Shown piece by piece: positions 22,484-35,063 of a DNA stretch of 64,000 bases. The position numbers and the translations under genes were made by a program. Position 1 is the first letter of the stretch. Every line of letters begins with the position of its first letter. Source of the stretch: Lophium mytilinum (lineage: Eukaryota); assembly GCA_010093605.1 (NCBI GenBank), contig MU004187.1, forward strand, positions 2,098,882 through 2,162,881, in the 5' to 3' direction. Under the pieces are notes generated by a model. The model had not been told where the DNA came from. It saw only the letters and a list, made by a program, of their open reading frames with translations, and made no database searches.

Positions 22484-25303
22484 ATGATTCAGAAGCCATT
22501 TAGACCACCGCTGCTGACCAGGAAGCCGGCCGAAGCTCCCCGACCAGAGTTCAATCACGCAGCAGATACAGAACCGCCCTCCAAAAAGCGACGCATCTCC
22601 TCCAACGATGACGATAGCCAGTTCGATGCTGTCACTACAACTCTTTCAAAACCACATAACCACGTCAACACAGCCCGAAAGCCATTGGTTCCGGTCCGCA
22701 ATCCTTCGAGCTTGAGCAGCGCTCCAGCAAAACCGTCTGGAGGAGTAGAGGGATACTATGTAGTCTTGTGGCGCAAGTTCACGATGAAGAAAAACAAAAC
22801 CTGGGACGGTGACGGAGTCCTTGCCGTGTTCAACGGATACGCATATCTCCAAGATATCTCCGGAAGGGAGCTTGGGAAGACCGCCTGCACCTCGCCATTA
22901 CTACCAGGCTCCACCCTTTCCGTGGGAGGAAAAGATGTCGAGGTTGACTCTTTAATCTCGAAGGAAGACTTCCTCGCTGGCAAGCCCTTTTTGGGCAAAA
23001 TGTCGACTGCTGCAGCGCCAGCGCCAGTGTCAGACCCAGAACGCAGACCACTTCCAAAACCCAAGCTTAAAGTGAAAGAGGAGAAGATAGCAGCCCGCCA
23101 AGTAGAGGTTCTGAATGTTGCCGCCCCAGCCAGCAAAGCTACCCAGAGCAAGTTCAAGAATCCTTTGCTATCCAATACTGTCATGACCAAGCCTGTCGAC
23201 AAAGAGACTCCCCTTCCCCGGCATGATCCAACTACAGAAAACGCCCTCGTCATGAAAAGACCGACTATACGTCCGCAGGGCAAGCAAATTGTGGACGTGG
23301 TAGTAGATCCTGTTCTCTCCAAGCATCTCCGGGACCATCAACGTGAAGGCGTCCAGTTCCTGTACGAGTGTGTGATGGGCATGAGATCTAACGGCGAAGG
23401 GGCCATACTTGCGGATGAGATGGGCCTAGGAAAGACTTTGCAAACCATCGCGCTACTCTGGACTCTACTCAAGCAGAATCCAATCTACCAAGAAGGTCCC
23501 GTGGTGAAAAAGGCACTCATTGTGTGTCCCGCTGGACTTCTGAACAATTGGCGAAGAGAGTTTAGAAAGTGGCTTGGAAATGAAAGAATTGGAGTCTTCG
23601 TTGTTGAAGGGAAGAACGTTCGCCTGGCTGACTTCACTAAAGGAAAAGCCTACAGCGTTATGATCATTGGCTATGAAATGCTTCGTAACGTGCAGGAACA
23701 ACTCAAGAAGGGTAGCGGGATCGATATTGTCATCGCTGATGAAGGCCATCGACTTAAGACCGCGAACAACAAGGCAATGCTAGCAATACAGTCCCTTAAC
23801 ACGGACCGAAGGATCATACTTTCAGGGACCCCGCTGCAGAACGATTTGAGCGAGTTCTACACGGCTATCGACTTCGTCAATCCAGGCTTATTAGGAAAGC
23901 GGAACGTGTTCAAGAAGGAATTTGAGAACCCAATCATGCGAGGTCGGCAACCAGAGGCAACCGCAAAGGATCACGAAAAAGGTGAAGCCCGATGGCAGGA
24001 ACTCGTCTCGATTGCAGGCCAATTTATGATCCGCCGCACTGCCGATGTGCTGGCGAAGTATCTGCCGCCCAAGAGCGAGTACATCTTGTTCTGCAAACCA
24101 ACACCTGTTCAGTCAACCGTTTACACGAACGTGCTAAAGTCTCCGTTTTTCTCCGCAGCTCTTGGGAACACTGAAACCGCTCTGCAACTCATCAACATCT
24201 TGAAGAAGGTGTGCAACAGCCCGACGCTTCTCAAAGCTAAAAATCCCGACGATGCTCCTTCAGAGATGCTAGCGAGCTTCACAGCTGCCATTGCACCTTC
24301 AGTACTCTCATCCAATCGGTGCAGCTCCAAAATCAGGGTTCTCGACGCCTTGCTACATCGCATCCATACGAACACCGATGAGAAGGTTGTCATAGTCTCG
24401 AATTACACGTCCACACTAGATATCATCGGTCGCCTCCTTTCTTCTCTGGACTATGCGTTCCTCCGGCTGGACGGCTCCACTCCAGCGTCGAAACGCCAGG
24501 ATCTTGTGGAACGCTTCAATAGGACTAGCCAGAAGAGTTGTTTCGCTTTCCTGCTCTCCGCCAAATCCGGCGGTGTTGGCCTTAATCTGATTGGCGCCTC
24601 CCGACTCGTTCTATTCGACTTAGACTGGAATCCCGCCACCGACCTTCAAGCCATGGCGAGGATACATCGCGATGGACAGAAGAAACCATGCAAAATCTAT
24701 CGTTTGCTTGTGCAAGGCGCTTTAGACGAGAAGATCTTCCAGCGACAGGTCACCAAGCAGGGTCTCGCGGACGCTGTTGTCGACAAAAAGGCCAGCGCCG
24801 CCAGTTTCTCCCACGAGGAGCTAAGAGACTTGTTCAGCTTGGACGAAAAGGATCACTGCCAGACACATGACCTGATTGGATGCACATGCGAGGGTAAAGG
24901 TCATGATGCCCCTATCGTACCCATCACTTCCGCGGAACTGGTCTTAGACACCGAACCTACAGATGTGGTTGATAGCGATGAGGAACTTCCAGACCTACCA
25001 ACTCTGCTGAGAGCATCTCAGGTCAACATGGAAGAGCAAGAGCAGCGACTGAAAGAGCAAAGAGAGGCGAGAACCAAGCTAACAACCGACGGAAAGCCAA
25101 AATTGAGGTCTCTCATGCAGTACCAGCACCTGGATCCGCGCTACCTGTCCCCCACGAGAGCAGAATCAGAGTCGGAAGGAGCTGTTCGAGAAGACCATGT
25201 CGACATCGAGACGCTTATGGATGATGACATTTTGCTTGATATTCTGAAAGCAGGAGATGAGCATTGCAGCATCGGCTTCGTTTTTGCGAAGATGTCGTCT
25301 TGA
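22484..25303 (+). CDS. RDH54: SNF2-family DNA translocase Rdh54/Tid1 (RAD54B-like)
   Basis: LADEMGLGKTLQ, DEGH, SGTPLQN, LSAKSGGVGLNL and QAMARIHRDGQ motifs; N-terminal WRKFTMKKNKTWDGDG motif typical of Rdh54/Rad54B. Confidence 0.9.
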   Translation: MIQKPFRPPLLTRKPAEAPRPEFNHAADTEPPSKKRRISSNDDDSQFDAVTTTLSKPHNHVNTARKPLVPVRNPSSLSSAPAKPSGGVEGYYVVLWRKFTMKKNKTWDGDGVLAVFNGYAYLQDISGRELGKTACTSPLLPGSTLSVGGKDVEVDSLISKEDFLAGKPFLGKMSTAAAPAPVSDPERRPLPKPKLKVKEEKIAARQVEVLNVAAPASKATQSKFKNPLLSNTVMTKPVDKETPLPRHDPTTENALVMKRPTIRPQGKQIVDVVVDPVLSKHLRDHQREGVQFLYECVMGMRSNGEGAILADEMGLGKTLQTIALLWTLLKQNPIYQEGPVVKKALIVCPAGLLNNWRREFRKWLGNERIGVFVVEGKNVRLADFTKGKAYSVMIIGYEMLRNVQEQLKKGSGIDIVIADEGHRLKTANNKAMLAIQSLNTDRRIILSGTPLQNDLSEFYTAIDFVNPGLLGKRNVFKKEFENPIMRGRQPEATAKDHEKGEARWQELVSIAGQFMIRRTADVLAKYLPPKSEYILFCKPTPVQSTVYTNVLKSPFFSAALGNTETALQLINILKKVCNSPTLLKAKNPDDAPSEMLASFTAAIAPSVLSSNRCSSKIRVLDALLHRIHTNTDEKVVIVSNYTSTLDIIGRLLSSLDYAFLRLDGSTPASKRQDLVERFNRTSQKSCFAFLLSAKSGGVGLNLIGASRLVLFDLDWNPATDLQAMARIHRDGQKKPCKIYRLLVQGALDEKIFQRQVTKQGLADAVVDKKASAASFSHEELRDLFSLDEKDHCQTHDLIGCTCEGKGHDAPIVPITSAELVLDTEPTDVVDSDEELPDLPTLLRASQVNMEEQEQRLKEQREARTKLTTDGKPKLRSLMQYQHLDPRYLSPTRAESESEGAVREDHVDIETLMDDDILLDILKAGDEHCSIGFVFAKMSS

Positions 25304-25868
25304 CATAGTTGCGTTATGATCAAGGCAAGTTCAGCGTTCAATATGTTCTATAGCCTGGGAGCGGTGAACGGCCAGCATTTTGTTCACGGCGTATACGAGT
25401 CCATATATATCTAATACCCTATAAATAGAGCAATGCAGTATATACAGTGATAGGAGCTAGGTTTGTGAAAACTTTTTCCGTCGAGGGTCTGATGTACTTT
25501 CCCCCCTCATCTGCCACCATCAGTCATGCTTCGGAGCATTATCAAGCATCCAGACGATTTATCTTTCCCCCCTTCTTTGTACACAGTTCTGCTACCGTCA
25601 GACATGCTTCGAGGCATTATCAGAAATCCAAACGAACAGCCCACCAACCATTTTGACCAATCTCATACCTCCAGGAGCCACCTCCAACGTCACCATCCAC
25701 TTCCCAAAACGATGGTCACCACCAACCCACACGAGAAAGCGCACACAGACCCCACGATAGCAGGCGCACCTCTCCCGTGGCCATCAACACCTCCAATCTC
25801 TAGCCTCCCTAACTCCCGCACCATCTCCCACTCCCGCCGCCTCTCAGCAGCACACAAAGGGAGCCATG

Positions 25869-25918
25869 NNNNNNNNNNNNNNNNNNNNNNNNNNNNNNNN
25901 NNNNNNNNNNNNNNNNNN
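25869..25918. other. Assembly gap (50 N) flanked by an identical 47-bp sequence
   Basis: catctcccactcccgccgcctctcagcagcacacaaagggagccatg occurs at 25822-25868 and at 25919-25965. Confidence 0.95.
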
Positions 25919-25962
25919 CATCTCCCACTCCCGCCGCCTCTCAGCAGCACACAAAGGGAGCC

Positions 25963-26762
25963 ATGGGCCCCCCAGAAAAGCCCCCCGAGCCCGCCGCGAA
26001 GAAGCCCAAGAAGAGCCAACTATACGCCAGAACACCCACCTACGCCGGCCCCCCTCGCGTGGAAGGCACCCCCAAAACCGACAGCGCGCAGCCCACCCCT
26101 TCGAAATCCACTCTTCCCACCACCGCCGCCCCCACCGCGTCCGGCAACAGCCCCTTGAAGCGCACCTATACCGAGCGCGACGCGCATTCCTCCTCCTCCT
26201 CCGCCGTCGGCGACGCCAGCGACAGCGACACGGGCACCCACCGCTCCCGCGCCGAGCTGACCGCGCTGTCGAAGCTCCAGTTGGTCGAGCTGGTGTGGCA
26301 GCTGCAGCAGGATGCGCGGCGGATGGCGGCCGAGCTGCGGGCGGCGCGCAGGCCGGGGCCATCGGGCGCGGGCGGGCTCAGGGGGGAAGTGGAGCAGCTG
26401 CGGGCGGTGATACGGGACGGGATCTTGGAGCAGATGGATGTGAGGGCGTTCTCCATGGTGTTTGCCTTCGTTTGGGGGCGTTGCCAAGTTGGCTGACTGA
26501 CTGACTGGGGACAAACAAGCAGTTTCCGGTGCCGTTCGGAGATGCAGTGTGGCGGGTTGAGGGGATTGTGGGGAGAAGGCAGGTGTGGATGCAGGCGTTT
26601 GGGCCGGCGCAGGAGGGGTTTGAGCCGCTTAAGAGGTTTGTGATGGGGATTGTGGTGAAGAGGAAGGAGGGGGTGTTGACGGTTATTGAGAGGGGGTTTA
26701 GGGTGCTGTGGAGGGAGGGGGAGGGGAGGTATGTGATTAGGGGGAATTATGCCCTGGTTTAG
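25963..26762 (+). CDS. Hypothetical protein, 2 exons (5' end uncertain because of the gap)
   Basis: MGPPEKPP...ILEQMD | gtgagg intron ending caagcag | FPVPFGDAVW...NYALV*; coiled-coil-like middle; strong codon bias. Confidence 0.6.
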
Positions 26763-27120
26763 CCTGGGGAGGAGTAGAGTTGGGGGAGGGAGGGAGGGTT
26801 GTGAGGGCGCGCAGGATTGGGGGATTGAGTTTATGAAATTGGCGATGCATTCATTTTAGACCGTACATGCCTTTAGCACTCTGTGGAGTCCTCTAGCGTG
26901 TTCCACAGTCCTAGATGGGATGTAACGTACTCAATGTCGCGATTCAGGTCGGATGTCATAACTTACTGTGTAAAGACGTTTGCCGCTGTTTGAAGTCCTT
27001 CAGTTTGGTGTCACAAACAGAATTCTGATGTAAAGTTCAGAGCGACGCGATTCAGGCCGGCTGCCATCAATAACTACGTACATGGGGTTGCTACTGCGTG
27101 AAGTTCCCCAGCAGGTCCAT

Positions 27121-28253
27121 CTACAGAGATGATTTAATGCCCTCCGTATCCGCAATACGGAAGACGTACTTCACAGCACTTGCCTTGCCCTCCTTCAGGT
27201 TCTTCAGAGCCCACTCCACACCCCCAAGACCGCCAGGCACGACCTCCGTGGGATGCCCAGTGAACCATCCCTCGTCAAGCCCACGGGCGAGGTACCTGAA
27301 GTATACGAATGCGAAATCTTTATCGTCTTCATGAGCAGACCCCACACTTGTCAATGTCTGCTTCACTGTCTTGGGGATCTCTGGGTACTCCTTGCCCGGC
27401 AGCACAAGCGTGATGGTTCCATGGGGGTCGAGTACTTTGGCGATGTTCACGTAGCTCCCATTGTCAGACACGGCATCGAAGGCATAGCTGGCTTTCGCGC
27501 CTTTCAAGGCTTCTTTGATGCCGGATACGACCGCGTCGTCGCCCTTTCGGTAGTCGACGATCGTGTCTCCTTTGCTTCGGTCGATCAGCGTTTCCACGTA
27601 TTTTGAGCCACCTCCGGCTACCACTATCAGAGGATGGATGTTTGCATGACTTGCGATTTTCAGCGCAAACGCTCCGACGGCGGAAGAACCTCCGTAGACT
27701 ATGAGAGGGATCGGTTCCTTGGTCGCCAGCCAGGGCTCTGGGAGACCGAGTCGCACATGCAGGCCGATTGCCGCTGTCATGGCGGCCAAGGGCACAGTGG
27801 ATGCCTCTACACATCCATTCTAGTCAGTGCACCTTTTCAATTTTGAGACTTGGTACTAGTCTTACCTTCAAAAGATGTCTTCTTCGGGATATGAAATGTT
27901 GTATGCTGCCACCCTAGAGCATATTCAGCGTAGCTTCCTCCAGGCGTTCGCATTTCGTGAAAGGAAGCAACCCGGTCTCCAGGCTTGAATTCGTATACAT
28001 TCTCTCCAACGGAATGGACAATTCCAGCGATGTCGTCGCCTGTGTTCGCGCTTGTGTTGAACCAATGTCCCATCTTCCTAGATCGGGATCAGCTTGGCAA
28101 TGCAATTGGTATCTTATGTAGAAATTCGCACCAGTCCTTGGGGTTAGAGCCGCTAACGACGACTTGGATAACGAGCTGGTCGGGACCAGGTTCCGGAATG
28201 GGAGTGTCAACAATCTCGACCTTGGGGCCGGGGTGCACAATTGCGTCCTTCAT
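27121..28253 (-). CDS. MDR-family (zinc-binding dehydrogenase / enoyl reductase-like) oxidoreductase, 3 exons
   Basis: MKDAIVHPGP..SGSNPKDW, GDDIAGIV, FKPGDRV, GSYAEY, YGGSSAVG nucleotide-binding loop, ASAVKYVFRI. Confidence 0.92.
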
Positions 28254-29082
28254 ACTGAGTCAGGATTCGTTGGTTCGATGTAGGGTAGGAAGATGCGAAA
28301 CTGAGTAAGGAGTGTGGTAAGTATGTGTAGCTATAGCTTTCTGAAAGATGGGTTGCCATCATGCGATGGCGTCATTGGATTTTAAATTCACATTGGATTT
28401 CAAATTCACCGAGACAAGGTGCGGCGGGGTAATTGGAAACTTCCCTTTGAGTCGCGAGCGTGATGTGGAGTATTCGAGGAACCGAACAGCCGAAGCCTAG
28501 CATTGTTATACCCGTAGTCTAACTCCGTTGCATCCACGCTCCATGAATGCCGATGTCAACAAAATCTTTCATCAGGTGACGTCTGCAGTAAAGTCGGGCG
28601 AACCGGTAGGAATATGCTCGAGGACAGATGGTAACAAACTGGGCCTTGCCGTTTGATCTCAGCTCCGCAGATTGGGTTCACTGTCACATACCAACGAATG
28701 TTCCAACATAACGGAACAAATCTTCTTCTCGTGCGTGCATCCTCTACCAACCCCTGCTACTTCAAACGCTTCATACATCCAATCCATCACCCATCAGGCT
28801 CAGTTCAACGCTAATGCAACAACCGGAATCAGCAAGCGAGGGTATCGGTATGCACAGGATAGAATAGAAAGTCGCAAGCAAGAAAGCGGCCTCTCTAGGG
28901 CATCAACCCGTCACAATAAACTGCTGTCGCACCTCAACACGTATCAACATCCAGGGACCAAGAAGAAAAAATGAAAATCCCCCTCTTCATTCGCTTCGGA
29001 TCAGACTCGGGAAACTCGTAGACAGCGTTTTGGCAATCGAATCAAAAACTACTTCGTCATTACACCTATACATGCCACCGCT

Positions 29083-32000
29083 TTACGTGCTGTATACGGG
29101 CGCCTTCATCAATATACTCTTGCCGCGGATTTGTACAGCGAAACCGACAGCCAATCGCACCCTGGGCGGAATTTGCTCCTCCTTTGGCCCATTCGAGCTG
29201 CCAGGAGGCTGTTGGGAAAGGCTTACCTGGCTGCTTCCCGCGCCGCTGGCGGTCGGCTGCTGCTTTCCAAGCTGAGCTGGAGAAGCTGGACCCTTCTTGG
29301 GATTGCCCATCAGGCTACCAAACATGCCTCGCTTGCCCCTATTGTCGCCAAGATCCTTGTTGTTAATGTTCCCCTGGCCTTGCTGACCTTGGGCCTGGAC
29401 CTGTGCCGCTTGCGTCTCCTGCTCCGTCACTGATGAAGTAGCAGAGTCGCGGAGGTCAGACGCCGTGCTTTTTAGCGATGCTTTGTCTGCGTCGGCGTTT
29501 GGATCGTGAATAGGATTTGTCAGAGCAGGGATGCCCGTTTCCATTTTCATGAAATCGGGCGCAAGGCTGTGTCCTGGGTGGAAGTACTCAATGTGGACTT
29601 CTCGGCTCTCTAATGGAACGTGCTGGGCTATGTTTATCGCGAGCTCGACAATCATAGGAATACCCCCGGCGAGATCTGGCGGAGCAGGATCTTGGAGATA
29701 CATTTGCACGGTGGCGATGAGCTTTTCGTTCAGCTGGTCGGTGAGACGTTGTCGGTTTGTAGCACATTGCGGGGTACGAAGAGTCTCCGCGAGGCCTTCG
29801 AGAGTGGCCAATCGCCAATTGATAACCTTGGTAACAAGGGCATCTTCCTCCTCGCCGGACTGTGACGTGGGAGCGAATTTCCGGATGTTGAGTTGAATTA
29901 TTTTCAATTGGGTGGAAAGCGTAGGCTCAAGGTCTGGGTGGAACACTCGCTCAAAGATTTCATCAACAAGCCAAGACGAGATGAAAGCGCGTCCGACAGC
30001 AGTCATCTCTTGTTTCCCTGTTTCGACCGCAGTTTTGTTGACCACGGGTTGCAGCCATGGCGGGATTGCCTTCCAGTCCTTGCGAATTGCGAAAGACAGC
30101 TGAGCAATAAGACCGTCTAGCCGATTGAATCGCGTAGAGTACTCGGTATCATCCCATGACGTACGAGAGAGTGACAAACGTTGGTGCGCAAGGGTGTTCT
30201 GAAGCTGGTGCACTTGGGTCTGCTGTTCAAAGAAGTATCGCTTTACCTTCTGGTATTTCTCACCTATCATACCATAGTCAGCACAAAAACATTAGGTCAG
30301 TTTCTGCCCTGCACTTACGGAGAACTTCATGTTCTTTCACCAATTGCTGCACCTCTTCATCCGTCATATCATTAGGAGGGGCACGGGGAGGTGGTGTTGC
30401 CCTGCCTACGTCTGTTTCCTGGCCTGGCTGGCCTGGCTTGCTCGCTCCACGATAAGGTTGCCCTTGAGAGCCTGCGGGTACAACATTAGCTCCAAACGAT
30501 TGTAGCCCTGGTGTTGGTGGCTGTGGCGGACCCTGACCTTGCTGCGGTGGCTGAATGAGGGACGATTCGCGGGATGGCGCACCCGGTACATTCTGCTGGT
30601 TCCCCTCACCCTTTCGCAAGGTGTTTCGGTTCGAAGGGGGGCCAGGAGGTGGCATCGTGCTACCTTGTTGAGGAAGGCTGTTTGCAGCGTTATCAGAGCC
30701 TTGCGGTTGCTGACCCTGCTGACCGTCGTAAGCTTGGTATTGTGGGGCAAGCGGTGACGGTGGCGCGAATTGCTGCTGAGACGGAGGGCGCAGCTGTTGA
30801 ACGTGCTGGCTGTCTTCCTGCTGAGGGTCTTGCTGCTGGACTATCTGAGGTAATTGATGAACAGCCTGAGGTTGGTGAATCTCTTGTTGATGGGGTGGGG
30901 GTTGCGGTGCTGACAGCGACTGTCCGCGTTGGAGTTGCGGCAAGTCTTGCGGAGTTGACTGCAGCGAGCTTGGCGTCGATATCTGTTGTTGATACTGGAC
31001 GTTCCCCTGCTGGCCCTGTCCTAATTGCTGCTGCTGTTGCTGGTGGTAGAAAATTTGCTGTGCGAGATCCTGTTGCTGCAAGTTGTTGCCGGGATGGGGA
31101 CTAGTGGTGGGATTAAAGGCCTGGTATTGGTGAGGATGTTGACCTGCGTCTGCGGGCTGCTGTGGTTGTTGATAGGGTTGGTACTGCGGAGGTTGTTGAT
31201 GTCCGCTGTGTTGTTCCGGGCTGTAGTGGTCAGCCCCGCCCTGCGTGTGATAGCTTGTCTCAGTGTTGACCCTGGCAAGTGGGGGCCGATATTGTTCCTG
31301 GTGCTGGTTGGGCGCGAATTGCTGGTGATAGCCGTCCTTTGGCGGAACGAGGGGGTGGGGAGAGGGCTGGTCGTCTTGCTGCAGGAATGGATCCAGATTG
31401 GACTCGTCTTCTTCTTCCGAGGTGGGTAGATGCGGACTGGACCCTTCTTGTCGCTGCCACTGCTGTCCCTGAAGCCGCTGGGGGTCGTTTGGCTGGCTCT
31501 GGAACTTGTCCGTGGGACTCGGCTCGCTCTTCCTGACCGACACGCGTCGACCAATTCCACCACTGTTCTTGGACGAGTTCGAGCGCGCGGGGTCCTCGTC
31601 CTTGTGCGAGTGCCCTAGACCTAGACGGCTGCGGAGAGACTTCTTGGGCTCTTGCACGTAGGGCACCGGGGAATTTGTAGGCGGGGCCTGCTGGTACGAG
31701 TATCGCTGGTCCTGAGCACGCTCAGCGTTATTGTTGCTCGGCGGCGACTGCTGGTCGGCGGCGTGGACGGGTGCGTTTCCAGGAGGGCGCTCCAGTGACA
31801 GGTTGGACGAATGGCGGTGGCTCTGGGTGCGGGCTGGTGTAGGGAAGACCTGGCGATATGGGCCCTGGGGACCTTGCTGGACTTGGGGGCCTTGAGGCGA
31901 CTGCTGCTGCTGCTGCTGCTGCTGTTGTTGGAGCTGCTGGTCGTCGGGCTGAGGATATCGTTGCGTGGCGGCGTCGTGGTTCACTGCTGGCGCGCGCTGC

Positions 32001-32140
32001 TCAGCCTCATACAGCGTCGACGGGGGCCGGGTCGCGGGCTTACCAGCGGGCAGCGAGTTTGAATGGTCGGACGAGCTGCCTACGGACGAGTGCGAGCGAT
32101 TCGACTTGGACCAGGGCGCAGAGAATTTGGGAGTCGGCAT
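29083..32140 (-). CDS. Conserved fungal protein with Gln/Pro-rich disordered N-terminus, coiled coil and helical C-terminal domain; 2 exons
   Basis: Two long ORFs joined by an intron at about 30264-30317 (KEHEVL-R-EKYQKVKRYFFE); SRTSWDDTEYSTRFNRLDG segment. Confidence 0.85.
31901..31930. repeat. (CTG)n/(TTG)n microsatellite encoding polyglutamine on the minus strand
   Basis: ctgctgctgctgctgctgctgctgttgttg. Confidence 0.9.
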
Positions 32141-34706
32141 CGCAGTGTTGAAGGGCCAAGAGCTTCGTCGCAGCGAAAAGCTTACAGCTCGACGAGTCGG
32201 GAGGGCGGGGCGGAGGAGCTGAGGGCAGATGCCCAGCTAAGAATAACGTTGCGATCGCCCGGGGGCCTTGAGGGGGCCGGTCAGGGTGGGATTCAAGCCG
32301 CGGGCGCCCCTTTCGAGCCTGTGTGCGGCGGCATAGCAATTGAGGCGAGACTGAGGATATGAAGGGTGAGGACAGTGTACCTAGAGTCTCCATCGCGATG
32401 CCTCCCCAGCCGCACGTGAGTGAGCCCAGGCTGACTGACAGCTGCGAGCCGCACCCTTCCAAGAGCCCTCCAAGAGCCCTCCAAGACGCATCGCGACACT
32501 CTGCCGACGCGAGGGGAGCGGGCCCCGCGAACTGCCATATCGAGGGCGGTGGCAGTGCACCGCTTGTTGCGTCGTGGTGGGCTATTCTTGCATGCCCGCC
32601 GAAACGCTCACCATTCACGATTCAGACCGACTTGCCATTTGCGGCTTCGACCACTCCTCGCCCTCTCACGCCCCACTTTGTATCGCGCTGTCCAGCTGCT
32701 GGAGCCGTATGGGGAGACACAGGTGTAATCCTTCTCGCGATCCACCGCCTTCAGCCTCCTGCATGCCAGCCGCGTGCATATGAGGCGGCCATGTAGCCGT
32801 CCAGACATAGTCGACATGCCACGGCCTCTTGGTCTTGTCAATGCTTGTCGCAGCCCCTGGTAGCCAGCATTCGTGGCCTCACTTGATACACTCTGCGTTG
32901 TAGACTGATATTTGGGAGGGTCGTTGAGAGCATGGCTTCTAGCTCCAAGACTCTTGCATGAGAGTGTTTTCTCAGCTTTATCTATTTTTGGAACATTGAA
33001 AGCATCCAGGGACGCCGCTAGGCACGCCGTGCATACTGCTCACTACATGATTGAAGGCTTTTCTCCGTGTCATGGTCCAGAAGCTCACCCAACACCACCG
33101 CCTGCTGTAGTGGTTGCAGGCATTGGGAAAAGCAATACATCGACCACTCTGGAAGACGGCCTACATACGATGCGGTAGTGCCAGCGTACGCACCTGCAGA
33201 GCCCGATATGTGCAATCTCGGCCTTCCATCCGTCGTATCCGAGATGATCCTGCAATATCAAGACTCCCTCACACCGTAGACCCAAGACTACGTCTTCTGT
33301 GCTAGTAGGATACAGACCTACATGTGTGCTCAAACTATCTCACGAATACACTTCGAAGCCCCAGCGAGAGACACTTGCCAAAGATCTATCTGATCATCTC
33401 AGAGTCACATTACCCTTGAATGCCCGGAGCTCATCAAGCCTTGGGAGTAAGCTCGTACAGACCAAAGTCAAGGTAGAGCGAGATTTGGAGAGTGTAGTTT
33501 CATAGTGAATACTTCAGGCTGATAACCACCTACTCTGGTCTTTTTTTTTTCTCTCGATCCTTCCTGTCACACTCATCACGTGTTGAGTCCTGTTTTCAAA
33601 TATCCTTTCAAACTTCTTTCTCGGCATGCCATAGATCACGGAAGAGATCCTATGAATTTAGAGAGACTCATCCGAAGGTAGTGCTGGATTTGATCTTTAC
33701 GGTTAGTTGCATGCTTGACGCTCTTGCTGAAATTAGAAGCCTGTCGCATTATCTACCGTCCATGTATGTACAATCATCTCCAGTGCAAACTTTCCTAATC
33801 TGGCTTGTCACTGGATCTGCGCCGGAATTCGCGATCGCGGTTCGCACAGCATGACTCATGCCTCCGAAGGCTTCCGTCCAGCATCTACACCCTCTCAAAG
33901 TTATCGCGCAAACACCATCTCGGAGGCAGAAGCGTAGGCGACCGCAACACGTATCTTCGCTGACTCCACATTGACCCGCTTGGAAGACATCGGTGCCGAC
34001 ATCGGGCCCCAACACACTTTACATCACGCCCTCTTGTCATCGACGATGCCTACGACTACACAGCCGAGTTCATAGCGGTCATTTGAGCTGCAGACTGACC
34101 AGGCGGCGATGGAGAGAGACACTTGCAGTCTTCAGATGACCTGCATCGAGCTCTCTTCGCGAAGCACGGACGTAGTTGTCGAGGCAGAGCCCTGTTTGCC
34201 TCAGGCCTGGCCTCGTTGACGCCTCACGAACGACTGTCCTCTTGTCCTTGTGACATGGGAGCACAGCCGCCTGGAACACTTTGGTTGAACTTCAAGCGGC
34301 GATAGCTGTACAGATAGCAGCAGACATTGCGAAGCCACACTTGGCTGTTGCGGCACATGGCGCTTCAGCTTAGCAAACGACCAGCATCAGCGAAATCTCT
34401 AAGATATTTGGAATTGATTGGACAAAGAGTGCGTGTACAGGGACCGCGTGGAGAAAGTTTGGTGTTCTGGTTCCTGAGTGTGCCGACTTCGCCACACAAT
34501 TGCGCACGGGCCCCTTCTCGATCTAGTCACACATCATCGACGACACGTTTGCGGGATGAGTCACTTCGTGTTCTGACTGTTTCCCATGGCGTGATTGCTC
34601 CTATAAAGACTGCCGACAGGTACCTTTCCGTAAGTCCCCCACATTCAGTTGTCTTGTCTTCGCCATTGGCGACGACTTTCTCGCTCTCCTACACCATTCC
34701 ATCATC

Positions 34707-35063
34707 ATGGGCCAAAGACGAAATAGAAAGCGGACCAGGAGTCGGCCGCGTCACCGAGACGCCGGCAAAGCACGCTCACTACACTCTCGCATGAACTCGC
34801 TCGATACCAACTCAACCTATTCCGCATCTTCTCAATCATATTTCCAGCCTTCCGCCGGTCCTCTCGCGAGCCGACCGGCAGATCATTGGCATCAAACGTA
34901 TACTGCATGGCAGGACCGCCTCCGTCAGCAGGAGGTGTCTTTGGAAGCTCAACGGCTTCGCTTCTTCGGAGGCGAAGCCGGTGATGAAGTAAGCCTGTTC
35001 GAACCTATGTTGAAGGTTGTCACGGATCTCTTCGATGGTCACACCGACTACGTCGATCCGTGA
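34707..35063 (+). CDS. Small hypothetical protein with basic N-terminus (118 aa)
   Basis: TATAAA at about 34602; ATG in context tcatcATGG; MGQRRNRKRTRSRPR (NLS-like) and an ordered C-terminus RLRFFGGEAGDEVSL..DLFDG. Confidence 0.55.
   Translation: MGQRRNRKRTRSRPRHRDAGKARSLHSRMNSLDTNSTYSASSQSYFQPSAGPLASRPADHWHQTYTAWQDRLRQQEVSLEAQRLRFFGGEAGDEVSLFEPMLKVVTDLFDGHTDYVDP

Noticed and set aside
25822..25965. 47-bp perfect direct repeat
   Set aside because: The copies sit exactly on either side of the 50-N gap; most likely overlapping contig ends, not biology
2970..28253. Secondary-metabolite cluster (O-methyltransferase and enoyl-reductase-like gene)
   Set aside because: The two genes are about 23 kb apart, separated by unrelated genes, with no PKS, NRPS or terpene synthase in the window; a cluster left of the window cannot be excluded
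29131..32796. Many long antisense or overlapping ORFs in GC-rich and repeat-rich genes (also 41500-44600 and 49000-50300)
   Set aside because: Expected shadows of biased codon usage on real genes
32900..34300. Possible decayed gene fragments
   Set aside because: Some splice-like signals but no coherent frame or family motif
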